DNA of 64,000 nt. Source: Parvibaculum sp. (GTDB lineage Bacteria; Pseudomonadota; Alphaproteobacteria; Parvibaculales; Parvibaculaceae). Position 1 is the stretch's first letter; each line of letters starts with the position of its first letter. The DNA lies in NCBI RefSeq assembly GCF_035325945.1, contig NZ_DAOKYX010000002.1, forward strand, positions 13,757 to 77,756, read 5' to 3'. A program made the translations under genes and the position numbers. Positions 45,821 through 55,184 of the stretch are shown here, piece by piece. The notes under the pieces are model-generated. The model had not been told where the DNA came from. It made no database searches and saw only the letters and a list, made by a program, of their open reading frames with translations.

Positions 45821-47032
45821 ATGGATTATCAGTCGAAGCTCAGTGATGCGCTGCGGTCCGTGAAGGATGAAGGCCGATACAGGGTCTTCGTGGACATTCT
45901 GCGACATCGCGGCGATTTTCCACGCGCCACGTTTCACACGCCGGAAGGCACGCGCGAGATCATCGTCTGGTGCTCGAACGACTATCTCGGCATGGGCCAG
46001 CATCCGGACGTTCTCGCGGCCATGCACCGCGCCATCGACGAGGTTGGCGCAGGGGCAGGGGGCACGCGCAATATTTCCGGCACCACGCGCTATCACGTCG
46101 AACTCGAGCACGAGCTTGCCGATCTGCACCAGAAGGAAGCGGCGCTTCTTTTCACATCGGGCTATGCGGCGAATGATGCGACGCTGTCCACGCTCGCGCG
46201 GCTCTTCGGCAATTGCGTCATCATCTCGGACGAGATGAACCACGCCTCGATGATCGAGGGGATCAGGCGGGGCGGCGGACCGAAGCGCTTGTGGAAGCAC
46301 AATGATCTCGTGCATCTCGAGCAGCTGCTGAAGGAACTCGACCCGGAACAGCCGAAGATCGTCGCCTTCGAGTCCGTCTATTCGATGGATGGCGATATTT
46401 CGCCCATCGGCGAGATCTGCGACCTGGCACGTCAATATGGCGCGCTGACCTATCTCGACGAGGTTCATGCCGTCGGGCTTTACGGACCTCGCGGCGGCGG
46501 CATCGCCGAGCGGGACGGCGTGCTCGACAAGGTCGATATCATCGAAGGAACGCTCGCCAAGGGCTTCGGCGTCATGGGCGGCTATATCGCCGGTTCGGCG
46601 ACGCTGATCGACGTCGTGCGCTCCTATGCGCCGGGTTTCATCTTCTCGACCTCGCTGGCGCCGGTTCTCGTCGCGGGCGTGCTCGCCGCTGTCCGTCACC
46701 TGAAGGCGAGCAATGTCGAAAGGGAGCTGCATCAGGAACGCGCCCGCACGCTGCGGCGCATGATGGCCGATGCGGGCCTTCCGGTGATGATGTGCGAGAG
46801 CCATATCGTGCCCGTGATGGTCGGCGACCCTGTCGTCTGCAAGCAGGTAAGCGACGATCTGCTTCAGGATCACGGCATCTATGTGCAGCCCATCAACTAC
46901 CCCACCGTGCCGCGCGGCACGGAGCGTCTGCGTTTCACGCCTTGCCCGGTTCACACGGACGAGATGATGAGAGATCTGGTGAAGGCTCTCGATTCCGTCT
47001 GGACGCAGCGGAACATAAGGCGTGCCGCGTAA
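45821..47032 (+). CDS. hemA: 5-aminolevulinate synthase
   Basis: MDYQSKL...[13 protein letters not shown]...[11 protein letters not shown]...SMDGD...GTLAKGFG. The longest ORF starts at 45785. Confidence 0.96.
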   Translation: MDYQSKLSDALRSVKDEGRYRVFVDILRHRGDFPRATFHTPEGTREIIVWCSNDYLGMGQHPDVLAAMHRAIDEVGAGAGGTRNISGTTRYHVELEHELADLHQKEAALLFTSGYAANDATLSTLARLFGNCVIISDEMNHASMIEGIRRGGGPKRLWKHNDLVHLEQLLKELDPEQPKIVAFESVYSMDGDISPIGEICDLARQYGALTYLDEVHAVGLYGPRGGGIAERDGVLDKVDIIEGTLAKGFGVMGGYIAGSATLIDVVRSYAPGFIFSTSLAPVLVAGVLAAVRHLKASNVERELHQERARTLRRMMADAGLPVMMCESHIVPVMVGDPVVCKQVSDDLLQDHGIYVQPINYPTVPRGTERLRFTPCPVHTDEMMRDLVKALDSVWTQRNIRRAA

Positions 47033-47318
47033 CGGCGACAGCGGCAATCCGCCATCGGCCGCCTCCGGGGCAGGCGGCCGCCGCGAGGTCATCTTTGAAT
47101 TCTCGCCGATCGGCGGCAGCGTGAAGGTGACGGCGGTCGATGTTGCGACGGGAACGGAGGTTTCCGTGGTCGGCCCCGCGACGGCATCCCAGAACGAGCT
47201 GGAGCGCATCGCCCTGCAAAAACTGCGTTATCGGCTGGGGCGGGACGCCGAAGGGCAGCCGCCACGCCGGATAGAGCCGCCCAAGGATGGCGGGACGGGC
47301 GGTGGCATCCTCGTTTGA
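47022..47318 (+). CDS. Small hypothetical protein, translationally coupled to hemA
   Basis: The GTG start overlaps the last 11 nt of hemA. 98 aa with core [51 protein letters not shown]. Coding-type GC3. Family not identified with certainty. Confidence 0.6.
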   Translation: MPRNGDSGNPPSAASGAGGRREVIFEFSPIGGSVKVTAVDVATGTEVSVVGPATASQNELERIALQKLRYRLGRDAEGQPPRRIEPPKDGGTGGGILV

Positions 47319-47324
47319 GAATGA

Positions 47325-47777
47325 TTATTTCTTGCGACGGCCGCGCTGCGTGCTGGGGCTGGTGCGGCCGAGCCCGATCTGCTTGGCGAGGCGGGAGCGC
47401 TGCGCGGCATAGTTGGGCGCAACCATCGGATAGTCGACGGGCAGCCCCCAGCGGGCGCGATATTCCTCCGGCGACAAACCGAACTGCGAGCGCAGATAGC
47501 GCTTGAGCATTTTCAGTTTCTTGCCGTCTTCCAGACAGATGATGTGATCGGGCGTTACCGACTTCTTGATCGGCACGGCCGGGGTCAGTTCCTGGGCGGC
47601 AGCGGCGCTGTCCCCGCTGCGCTCGAGCTCGGCAAGCGTGCCGTGGACAGTCCGGATCATCCCGGGCAGATCCGTGGCCGCTACGGCATTTTTACTCACA
47701 TAGGCGGAAACGATATCGCTGGCCAGGCGAAGTAGTCCTGGCATTGTGCCATCAGTCTTGTTCTTGGTATCGCTCAT
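47325..47777 (-). CDS. mucR: Ros/MucR family transcriptional regulator (zinc-ligand-deficient variant)
   Basis: 150 aa from ATG 47775-47777. VSAYVSKN...PAVPIKKSVTPDHIICLEDGKKLKMLKRYLRSQFGLSPEEYRARWGLPVDYPMVAPNYA. Confidence 0.9.
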   Translation of the reverse strand: MSDTKNKTDGTMPGLLRLASDIVSAYVSKNAVAATDLPGMIRTVHGTLAELERSGDSAAAAQELTPAVPIKKSVTPDHIICLEDGKKLKMLKRYLRSQFGLSPEEYRARWGLPVDYPMVAPNYAAQRSRLAKQIGLGRTSPSTQRGRRKK

Positions 47778-48256
47778 TGCCGATAACACCTTTTTGCCGC
47801 ACGGCAATCGCCGCTAAACGAATCTCTGTGCCTAGAATATGGATACTTATCTAGCGCGTTAAGTCTGTGGGGATCAAGCTGTGCAGTCGGCGTTTATCTT
47901 GCCTTTGTGTTTTCTTTCGGCCCGAAGACCACATTCCAGCGACACAGAAGTCTTTTTTTGGGGTCGAATACATGAGGGGCCGGGTATTAGCTCTTGGCGA
48001 TGGCCTGAGGGGACGCGTTCGCCGGCCTGAAAATACGTGGTGCCTGCCTCGCCGGGAGAGGAATTCTGAGCCTTACGCTGCGTTAAATCTTGAAAAGCGG
48101 TCGGATGGACTCAAGTCAAGTTTTATAGTGGTGCATTGGCTCCCAATCGCGATATGTGGTATCACGCCACGGTGAGCCGGAGGCGGCGCGCCGCCAGTCC
48201 GGCTACCGGGATTCAATCCGGCAGTTCGTCTCATTCCGTCGAAGAAGGTTCAGTCA

Positions 48257-49573
48257 ATGTCATCCAGCAGCGCAGTGGCCGGACGGGGCACCGCCTCGGG
48301 CTTTTTCACAGATGGCCTCGCCCAGAGCGATCCCGAGATCCTGCATGCGATCGAGAAGGAACTTCGCCGGCAGCAGACCGAGATCGAGTTGATCGCTTCG
48401 GAAAACATCGTGTCGCGCGCCGTGCTCGAAGCGCAGGGCTCGATCATGACGAACAAGTACGCCGAAGGGTATCCGGGCAAGCGTTACTATGGCGGCTGCG
48501 AATTCGTGGACATCGCCGAGGAACTGGCGATCGAGCGGGCGAAGCGGCTCTTCAACTGCGCCTATGTGAACGTGCAGCCGAATTCCGGCTCGCAGGCCAA
48601 TCAGGGCGTGATGATGGCGCTTCTGAAGCCGGGTGACACGATCCTCGGCATGAGCCTCGCAGCGGGCGGTCACCTCACACATGGCGCGGCGCCCAACCAG
48701 TCGGGCAAGTGGTTCAACGCCGTGCAGTACGGCGTGCGCAAGCAGGACCATCAGATCGATCTCGACGAGGTCGCGAGCCTCGCGCGCGAACACAAGCCCA
48801 AGCTCATCATCGCGGGCGGGTCGGCCTATCCGCGCATCATCGACTTCAAGGCGTTCCGCGAGATCGCGGATTCGGTCGGCGCGCTCCTGATGGTCGACAT
48901 GGCGCATTTTGCCGGCCTCGTGGCGGGCGGCGCGCATCCGAGCCCGCTGCCCTTCGCCGACATCGTGACGACGACCACGCACAAGACGCTGCGCGGACCG
49001 CGCGGCGGCATGATCCTTTCCAACAACGAAGAGATCGGCAAGAAGATCAACTCCGCCATCTTCCCGGGCATCCAGGGCGGCCCGCTCATGCATGTGATCG
49101 CCGGCAAGGCGGTCGCCTTCGGCGAGGCGCTGCGGCCCGAATTCAAGCTCTATGCGAAGTCGGTCGTCGAGAATGCGCGCGCGCTTGCGGCGACGCTCGC
49201 AGAGGCCGGTTTTGCAATCGTTTCGGGCGGCACCGACACGCATCTCATGCTGGTCGATCTGCGGCCCAAGAAGCTCACGGGCAAGGTTGCGGAAGCCGCT
49301 CTCGAACGCGCCAACATCACCTGCAACAAGAACGGCATTCCGTTCGACCCCGAGAAGCCGACGATCACATCCGGCGTGCGGCTCGGGACGCCCGCGGGGA
49401 CGACGCGCGGCTTCGGCGTCGCGGAGTTCCAGCTCGTCGGCAAGTTCATCACGGAGGTGCTGGCCGGGCTCGCCCAGAATGGCGACGAGGGCAACGCCGC
49501 CGTCGAGGCGTCCGTGAAGGAACGGGTTATCGACCTCTGCAAGCGGTTCCCGATCTATGGCGGCCCGCAGTAG
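48257..49573 (+). CDS. glyA: Serine hydroxymethyltransferase
   Basis: 438 aa. [10 protein letters not shown]...[14 protein letters not shown]...[14 protein letters not shown]. Confidence 0.97.
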   Translation: MSSSSAVAGRGTASGFFTDGLAQSDPEILHAIEKELRRQQTEIELIASENIVSRAVLEAQGSIMTNKYAEGYPGKRYYGGCEFVDIAEELAIERAKRLFNCAYVNVQPNSGSQANQGVMMALLKPGDTILGMSLAAGGHLTHGAAPNQSGKWFNAVQYGVRKQDHQIDLDEVASLAREHKPKLIIAGGSAYPRIIDFKAFREIADSVGALLMVDMAHFAGLVAGGAHPSPLPFADIVTTTTHKTLRGPRGGMILSNNEEIGKKINSAIFPGIQGGPLMHVIAGKAVAFGEALRPEFKLYAKSVVENARALAATLAEAGFAIVSGGTDTHLMLVDLRPKKLTGKVAEAALERANITCNKNGIPFDPEKPTITSGVRLGTPAGTTRGFGVAEFQLVGKFITEVLAGLAQNGDEGNAAVEASVKERVIDLCKRFPIYGGPQ

Positions 49574-49639
49574 GATTTGCGGGCGGCTGTCGGCCACGGA
49601 ATCATCAGGGCGAATTGAAGGAATTGGGGGCTAGAGGGG

Positions 49640-50119
49640 ATGCGTTGTCCATATTGCGGCAATGAAGACACGCAGGTGAAGGACTCACGTCCCACGGAGG
49701 ACAATACCGCGATCAGACGGCGGCGCTTCTGCGCCGCCTGCGGGGGGCGGTTCACGACCTTCGAGCGCGTGCAGCTTCGCGAGCTGACCATCATCAAGGC
49801 GAACGGCCGGCGGGTGCCCTTCGACCGCGATAAACTCATGCGTTCCGTGCAAATCGCGATGCGCAAACGCCCTGTTGAGCAAGACCGCATTGAGCGTATG
49901 GTGAGCGGCATCGTACGCCGGCTCGAGAGCATGGGCGAAAGCGAGATCCCCTCGGCGGTGATCGGGCGGCTCGTGATGGAAGGCCTTAGCTCTCTGGATG
50001 CCGTCGCGTATGTCCGCTTCGCATCGGTTTACAAGAATTTCCGCGAGGCTAAGGATTTCGAGGAATTTCTGGGCGAACTCAGCGGCCCGGGTCGCGACGA
50101 GATCGACGACGACCGCTGA
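49640..50119 (+). CDS. nrdR: Transcriptional repressor NrdR
   Basis: [17 protein letters not shown]...[17 protein letters not shown], a zinc ribbon followed by an ATP-cone. Confidence 0.96.
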   Translation: MRCPYCGNEDTQVKDSRPTEDNTAIRRRRFCAACGGRFTTFERVQLRELTIIKANGRRVPFDRDKLMRSVQIAMRKRPVEQDRIERMVSGIVRRLESMGESEIPSAVIGRLVMEGLSSLDAVAYVRFASVYKNFREAKDFEEFLGELSGPGRDEIDDDR

Positions 50120-50154
50120 AGCCACTCGCCCCAAGATCAGTTTTGGGATGCGGG

Positions 50155-51264
50155 ATGGCGCGAGCCACGGATAGCGACTTCATGAAAATGGCGCTCAGCC
50201 TCGCCGAGCGGGGACTGGGCATCGTCGCGCCCAACCCGGCCGTGGGCTGCCTCATCGTCAGGGATGGCGTCGTCGTAGGGCGCGGCTGGACGCAGAAGGG
50301 CGGCCGGCCCCATGCCGAGACTGAGGCGCTTGCGAGGGCCGGAGAAGCCGCGCGCGGCGCCACCGCCTATGTCACGCTGGAACCCTGCGCCCATCATGGC
50401 CGGACCCCGCCCTGCGCGGGCGCGCTGATCGAGGCGGGTGTCGCCCGCGTGGTCGGCGCCGTTTCCGACCCCGACCCGCGTGTTGCCGGGAAGGGCTATG
50501 CCATGCTCCGCGAGGCGGGCGTCGAGGTCATCGAGAATGTGCTCGAGGCCGAGGCGCGCGCCCTCAATCAGGGTTTCTTCCTCAAGGTCATGGATGGCCG
50601 CCCGCTGGTCACGCTGAAGCTCGCGACATCGGCCGACGGCAAGACCGCTACCCATTCGGGCCACAGCCGGTGGATCACGGGCGAGGCGGCGCGCGCGCGC
50701 GGCCATCTCCTGCGCGCGACGCATGACGCGATCATGGTCGGCAGCGCAACCGCCATCGTCGACGATCCCATGCTCGATTGCCGCTTGCCCGGCCTCGAGG
50801 ATCGCTCGCCCATCCGCATCGTCGCCGATGGACGGCTTCGCCTGCCGCTGACATCGAAGCTCGTGCGCGATGCGCGCGCGGGCGCGCCCGTCTGGCTGCT
50901 GACGATGGCGGGCGGAGACGCGGCGCGGCGCGCGGCCTTCGAGGAATGCGGCGTCGAACTCATCGACGTGCCGAAGGGCGCCGATGAGCATATGGACATG
51001 CAGAAGGCGCTCGGCCTTCTGGGCGAACGCGGCATCACGCGCCTCCTCGTCGAGGGCGGGGCGCGGCTTGCCGCCTCGCTCATTCGCGCTCACCGCGTCG
51101 ATCGCATCGAGTGGTTCTGCGCGCCGCGGATCATCGGCGGCGACGGCACAAGCGGCATCGCCTCGCTCGGCGTCGATACGCTGGGCAAGGCGCCTTCGCT
51201 CGTCCTCAAGGAAACCCAGTCGCTCGGCGACGACACTCTCTCCAGCTATGTGGTTCGGAACTGA
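50155..51264 (+). CDS. ribD: Bifunctional riboflavin biosynthesis deaminase/reductase
   Basis: PNPAVGCLIV...HAETEAL...TLEPCAHHGRTPPC, then the reductase domain. The longest ORF starts at TTG 50143. Confidence 0.95.
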   Translation: MARATDSDFMKMALSLAERGLGIVAPNPAVGCLIVRDGVVVGRGWTQKGGRPHAETEALARAGEAARGATAYVTLEPCAHHGRTPPCAGALIEAGVARVVGAVSDPDPRVAGKGYAMLREAGVEVIENVLEAEARALNQGFFLKVMDGRPLVTLKLATSADGKTATHSGHSRWITGEAARARGHLLRATHDAIMVGSATAIVDDPMLDCRLPGLEDRSPIRIVADGRLRLPLTSKLVRDARAGAPVWLLTMAGGDAARRAAFEECGVELIDVPKGADEHMDMQKALGLLGERGITRLLVEGGARLAASLIRAHRVDRIEWFCAPRIIGGDGTSGIASLGVDTLGKAPSLVLKETQSLGDDTLSSYVVRN

Positions 51265-51891
51265 ATGTTTACCGGTATCGTCACGGATGTGGGACGCATC
51301 AAATCGGTCGAACGGCGCGGCGACACGCGCTTCGTGATCGAGACCAGCTATGATCCGGACGGCATCGCCATCGGCGCGTCGATCGCGTGCTCGGGCTGCT
51401 GCCTCACCGTCGTCGAGAAGGGACGGGCGGACGGGAAGGGCTGGTTCTCGGTCGATGCCTCGGCCGAGACGCTCGCCTGCACGACGCTCGGCCGCTGGGA
51501 AGCGGGAACGCCCATCAATCTCGAACGTGCGCTGAAGGCGGGCGACGAGCTTGGCGGCCACATCGTGAGCGGCCATGTCGATGGCGTGGGCGAGATCGTA
51601 GAGATGCGCCCGGATGGCGATTCCATGCGCTTCACCTTCGAGGCGCCCGCCGCGCTCGGTCGCTTCATCGCGCCCAAGGGATCGGTGACGATCGACGGAA
51701 CATCGCTTACCGTCAACGAGGTCGAGGACATGCGCGAGGGCTCCAATGCGGGCCGCACGCGGTTCGGCGTCAATATCATCCCCCACACCCAGGCGGTGAC
51801 GACCTGGGGGCAAGCAAAGTGCGGGGATGCCGTTAATCTTGAAATCGACATGCTGGCCAGGTATGTCGCCCGGCTGGCAGAGAAGGATTGA
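51265..51891 (+). CDS. ribE: Riboflavin synthase
   Basis: MFTGIVTDVGRI...GASIACSGCCLTV...GGHIVSGHVDG...SLTVN, a two-repeat signature. Confidence 0.95.
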   Translation: MFTGIVTDVGRIKSVERRGDTRFVIETSYDPDGIAIGASIACSGCCLTVVEKGRADGKGWFSVDASAETLACTTLGRWEAGTPINLERALKAGDELGGHIVSGHVDGVGEIVEMRPDGDSMRFTFEAPAALGRFIAPKGSVTIDGTSLTVNEVEDMREGSNAGRTRFGVNIIPHTQAVTTWGQAKCGDAVNLEIDMLARYVARLAEKD

Positions 51892-53048
51892 GCATCGTGT
51901 ACAAGGAATATCTCTCGTCTATCGAAGAGGTCATCGAGGACGCCCGTAACGGCAAGATGTTCATTCTTGTCGATGCCGAGGATCGCGAGAACGAAGGGGA
52001 TCTCGTCATCCCCGCGCAGATGTGTACGCCGGAGGCCGTCAACTTCATGGCGAAGTACGGCCGCGGCCTCGTGTGCCTCACGCTGACGGCCGACCGGGCG
52101 AAGCAGCTCAATCTGCAATTCATGTCGCAGAACAACCAGTCGCGGAACCAGACGGCCTTCACCGTCTCCATCGAGGCGCGCGAGGGCATCTCGACGGGCA
52201 TTTCCGCGCATGACCGCGCGCATACCGTGTCCGTCGCCATCGACCCGACCAAGGGGCCGAACGACATCGTCTCGCCGGGTCACGTCTTCCCGCTCGTCGC
52301 CAAGGATGGCGGCGTGCTCGTTCGCGCCGGACACACCGAGGCTGCGGTCGATATCGCGCGCCTCGCCGGGCTCTATCCCGCAGGCGTCATCTGCGAGATC
52401 ATGAACGATGACGGCACGATGGCGCGCCTGCCCGATCTCGTGCAGTTCGCGCAGCTTCACGGGCTCAAGATCGCGACCATCGCCGATCTCATCGCCTATC
52501 GCCGCCGCTACGATCATTTCATCCATCGCGCCATCGAAACCGAGCTCGAAAGCAAGTTCGGCGGCGACTTCAAGATGATGGTCTATCTGAACACGGTCGA
52601 ATATGCCGAGCACATCGCGCTGGTGAAGGGCGACATCTCGACGCCCGAGCCCGTGCTCGTGCGCATGCATGCGATGAACGTGTTCGACGATATTCTCGGC
52701 GCGGCCGGATCGCGGTCCGATCTCGTCAAGGACGCGATGCAGATCATTTCGGAAGAAGGGCGCGGCGTCATCGTCATCATCCGCGATACGACGGCGACCG
52801 TCGTTTCCGATCTTCTCTTGCGCAAGGGCGAGAATGTGGAGCAGCGCATGCCGCGGCGTCTGCGCGAATATGGCGTTGGCGCGCAGATCCTGCTTGATCT
52901 CGGCGTGAGGGACATGGTCCTTCTCTCCGACACGGATCGCAGCATCGTCGGCCTCGACGGTTATGGATTGAAGATCGTCGGCCAGCGGCCGATCAGTTCC
53001 GCAAAGCGCGCATCGAGCGAGAAGAAGGCGAAGGAGATCGCATCTTGA
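51888..53048 (+). CDS. ribB: 3,4-dihydroxy-2-butanone-4-phosphate synthase fused to a degenerate GTP-cyclohydrolase-II-like domain
   Basis: [15 protein letters not shown]...[16 protein letters not shown] (DHBPS domain). The C-terminal domain lacks the three Cys ligands. Start is TTG 51888 (TTGA overlap) or GTG 51897 (GAAGGA upstream). Confidence 0.92.
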   Translation: MSIVYKEYLSSIEEVIEDARNGKMFILVDAEDRENEGDLVIPAQMCTPEAVNFMAKYGRGLVCLTLTADRAKQLNLQFMSQNNQSRNQTAFTVSIEAREGISTGISAHDRAHTVSVAIDPTKGPNDIVSPGHVFPLVAKDGGVLVRAGHTEAAVDIARLAGLYPAGVICEIMNDDGTMARLPDLVQFAQLHGLKIATIADLIAYRRRYDHFIHRAIETELESKFGGDFKMMVYLNTVEYAEHIALVKGDISTPEPVLVRMHAMNVFDDILGAAGSRSDLVKDAMQIISEEGRGVIVIIRDTTATVVSDLLLRKGENVEQRMPRRLREYGVGAQILLDLGVRDMVLLSDTDRSIVGLDGYGLKIVGQRPISSAKRASSEKKAKEIAS

Positions 53049-53503
53049 AGACCACCAAGGCCCATGTGCTGATTGTCGAGGCGCGATTCTACGAGCATCT
53101 CGCCGACGAACTGGCGCGTGGCGCCATCGCCGAGATCGAGGGGAGGGGCGCGACCTGGGAGCGCATCCAGGTGCCGGGCGTTCTGGAAATTCCCGCCGCG
53201 GTGAAATTCGCGCTCGATGCGATGGCGCATGGCGGCGTGACGAAGCGGATCGACGGGTTCGTCGTTCTGGGCTGCGTCATTCGCGGCGAGACGACGCATT
53301 ACGACATCGTCTCGAACGAGTCCGCGCGGGCGCTGATGGACCTTGCGGTTGAACGCTCGCTCGCCCTCGGCAACGGCATTCAGACGGTCGAGAACGAGGC
53401 GCAGGCGCTGGCCCGCGCCCGGGTCAATGAAAAGAACAAGGGCGGGGGGGCTGCGGCCGCCTGCCTCGACATGATCGATCTCAAGCGCAAGATGGGCGCG
53501 TGA
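53045..53503 (+). CDS. ribH: 6,7-dimethyl-8-ribityllumazine synthase
   Basis: The TTG start (TTGA overlap) gives [23 protein letters not shown]...[14 protein letters not shown]. Confidence 0.93.
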   Translation: MKTTKAHVLIVEARFYEHLADELARGAIAEIEGRGATWERIQVPGVLEIPAAVKFALDAMAHGGVTKRIDGFVVLGCVIRGETTHYDIVSNESARALMDLAVERSLALGNGIQTVENEAQALARARVNEKNKGGGAAAACLDMIDLKRKMGA

Positions 53504-53519
53504 TGCAGGGTGCAGGCAA

Positions 53520-54038
53520 ATGATGGCCGCGGCTGAACCGCCTGTTCCGGAAAGCGGGAAATTCGACACGAACGCGCGCAGCGCAGCGCGCCTCGGTGCC
53601 GTTCAGGCGCTCTACCAGATGGACGTGGCGGGCACGCCGCTCGACGACATCGTCGAGGAGTTCATCGAGCATCGCTTCGGTCAGGAGATCGAGGGCTCTG
53701 TCTATGCGCGAGCGGACGAGGCACATTTCGAGGACATCATCCGCGGCGTCGTGCGCGAGCAGCGCGATGTGGACGTCGCCATCAACGGCGCGCTCGCGCG
53801 GGGCTGGACGCTCGCCCGCATCGACGCGACGCTGCGCGCCATCCTGCGCGCGGGCGCCTATGAACTCAGGCGCTGCAAGGACATTCCGGTGAAGGTGGTC
53901 ATCAACGAATATGTCGATGTCGCGCACGCCTTCTTCGAGGGGGATGAGCCCGGCGTCGTCAATGCGGTGCTCGACAAGCTCGGCGCGAGCTTGCGCAAGC
54001 CGCGCGGAGCGGGCGATGCCGGCGCCGGATCGTCCTGA
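53520..54038 (+). CDS. nusB: Transcription antitermination factor NusB
   Basis: ARSAARLGAVQALYQMD...ILRAGAYEL...VVINEYVDVAHAF. Confidence 0.95.
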   Translation: MMAAAEPPVPESGKFDTNARSAARLGAVQALYQMDVAGTPLDDIVEEFIEHRFGQEIEGSVYARADEAHFEDIIRGVVREQRDVDVAINGALARGWTLARIDATLRAILRAGAYELRRCKDIPVKVVINEYVDVAHAFFEGDEPGVVNAVLDKLGASLRKPRGAGDAGAGSS

Positions 54039-55008
54039 CGAATTCAGCCTGATCGAAAAGCTTTTCGCGCCGCTCGCGGCCGGCGCCCCGGGCGCGCTGG
54101 GCCTCACAGACGATGCGGCCGTCTTCGCGCCGACACCCGGCATGGAGACGGTGCTGACGGTCGACGCCATTGTCGAGGGCGTACACTTCCTGCCCGGCGA
54201 TCCGGCCGGCAACGTGGCGCGGAAGCTTCTGCGTGTGAACCTGTCGGACCTTGCAGCCAAGGGCGCGACCCCGCGCGGCTATCTTCTCGTGACCTCCTGG
54301 CGGCCCGATACACCGCTCTCTTGGATGGAGGCGTTTGCCGAGGGGCTTCGCCTCGATCAGGCGGAGTTCGGCATTTCGCTCTGGGGAGGCGATACGGTTT
54401 CGGCGCCGGGTCCGCTCTCCTTTTCGCTGACGGCCATTGGCGAGGTGCCGAGCGGCCGGATGATCCGGCGCGGCGGCGCGCGGCCGGGCGATGCGCTCTA
54501 CCTCACCGGGACGGTGGGGGATGGCGCGCTCGGCCTGCTTGCCGCACGAGGCGAGCTTGGCTTTCTCGAGGAAGCGGAGAGCGCCGCTCTCGTCCAGCGC
54601 TACCGTCTGCCGGAACCGCGCCTCGGCGTCGGCCTGCGCCTGGGTGAGCTTGCCCATGCGGCGCTCGACGTTTCGGACGGGCTGATGGCCGATCTCGGGC
54701 ATATGTGTGCCGTTTCGGGAGTGGGGGCGCGGGTGGAGGTGGAGCGCCTGCCGCTTTCAGCGGCCGCGCGCCGCGTGCTGGAGGCTCGCCCGGGCCTGAT
54801 CGAGACGGTGCTGGGCGGAGGCGACGATTACGAGCTTCTCTTTGCGGCATCGCCGGAGGCGGCGGGCGAAATCGCGGAAATCGCAGCGTCCGCGCAAGTG
54901 CCCGTGACCCGGATCGGAGAGATCCGGCCGGCGGGCGAAGGCATCGCCGCCGTGGACGTTCACGGACAGAAGCTCAGTCTGAAGCGGGCCGGTTTCCGCC
55001 ATTTCTGA
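54016..55008 (+). CDS. thiL: Thiamine-monophosphate kinase
   Basis: From ATG 54016 (overlaps nusB by 23 nt): EFSLIEKLFAPL...LTDDAAV...TVDAIVEGVHF...GGDTV...GGDDYELLF. Confidence 0.93.
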   Translation: MPAPDRPDEFSLIEKLFAPLAAGAPGALGLTDDAAVFAPTPGMETVLTVDAIVEGVHFLPGDPAGNVARKLLRVNLSDLAAKGATPRGYLLVTSWRPDTPLSWMEAFAEGLRLDQAEFGISLWGGDTVSAPGPLSFSLTAIGEVPSGRMIRRGGARPGDALYLTGTVGDGALGLLAARGELGFLEEAESAALVQRYRLPEPRLGVGLRLGELAHAALDVSDGLMADLGHMCAVSGVGARVEVERLPLSAAARRVLEARPGLIETVLGGGDDYELLFAASPEAAGEIAEIAASAQVPVTRIGEIRPAGEGIAAVDVHGQKLSLKRAGFRHF

Positions 55009-55184
55009 CGCCGATTCAACTTTTCCGAAACCCTTCCAAATAGTTACGTTCAGTTGCTTTCCATGCCGGCATTTGGCATCTTCCGCGGCATTCTGCTTCC
55101 GGAGGGGGGACTGAGCCGGATGAACCCGGATTCGAGTCCAATTTCCCGCACGATATCCAGTTCAAGGAAATCAAGGAAAAAACA

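Noticed and set aside
48100-48256. Possible ZTP (pfl) riboswitch in the glyA leader
   Set aside because: A hairpin followed by GGUGAGC superficially resembles the ZTP P2 region. The conserved elements as I recall them (UGACUGGCG and the 3' CCGCCUGGGC pseudoknot partner) are not present, since the leader has AUUGGCU and CCGCCAGUCCGG instead. A cmsearch with the pfl model would settle it.
49574-50154. FMN riboswitch in front of the rib operon
   Set aside because: The nrdR-ribD spacer is only ~35 nt and the glyA-nrdR spacer is 66 nt. Neither has room for, or sequence resembling, an RFN element.
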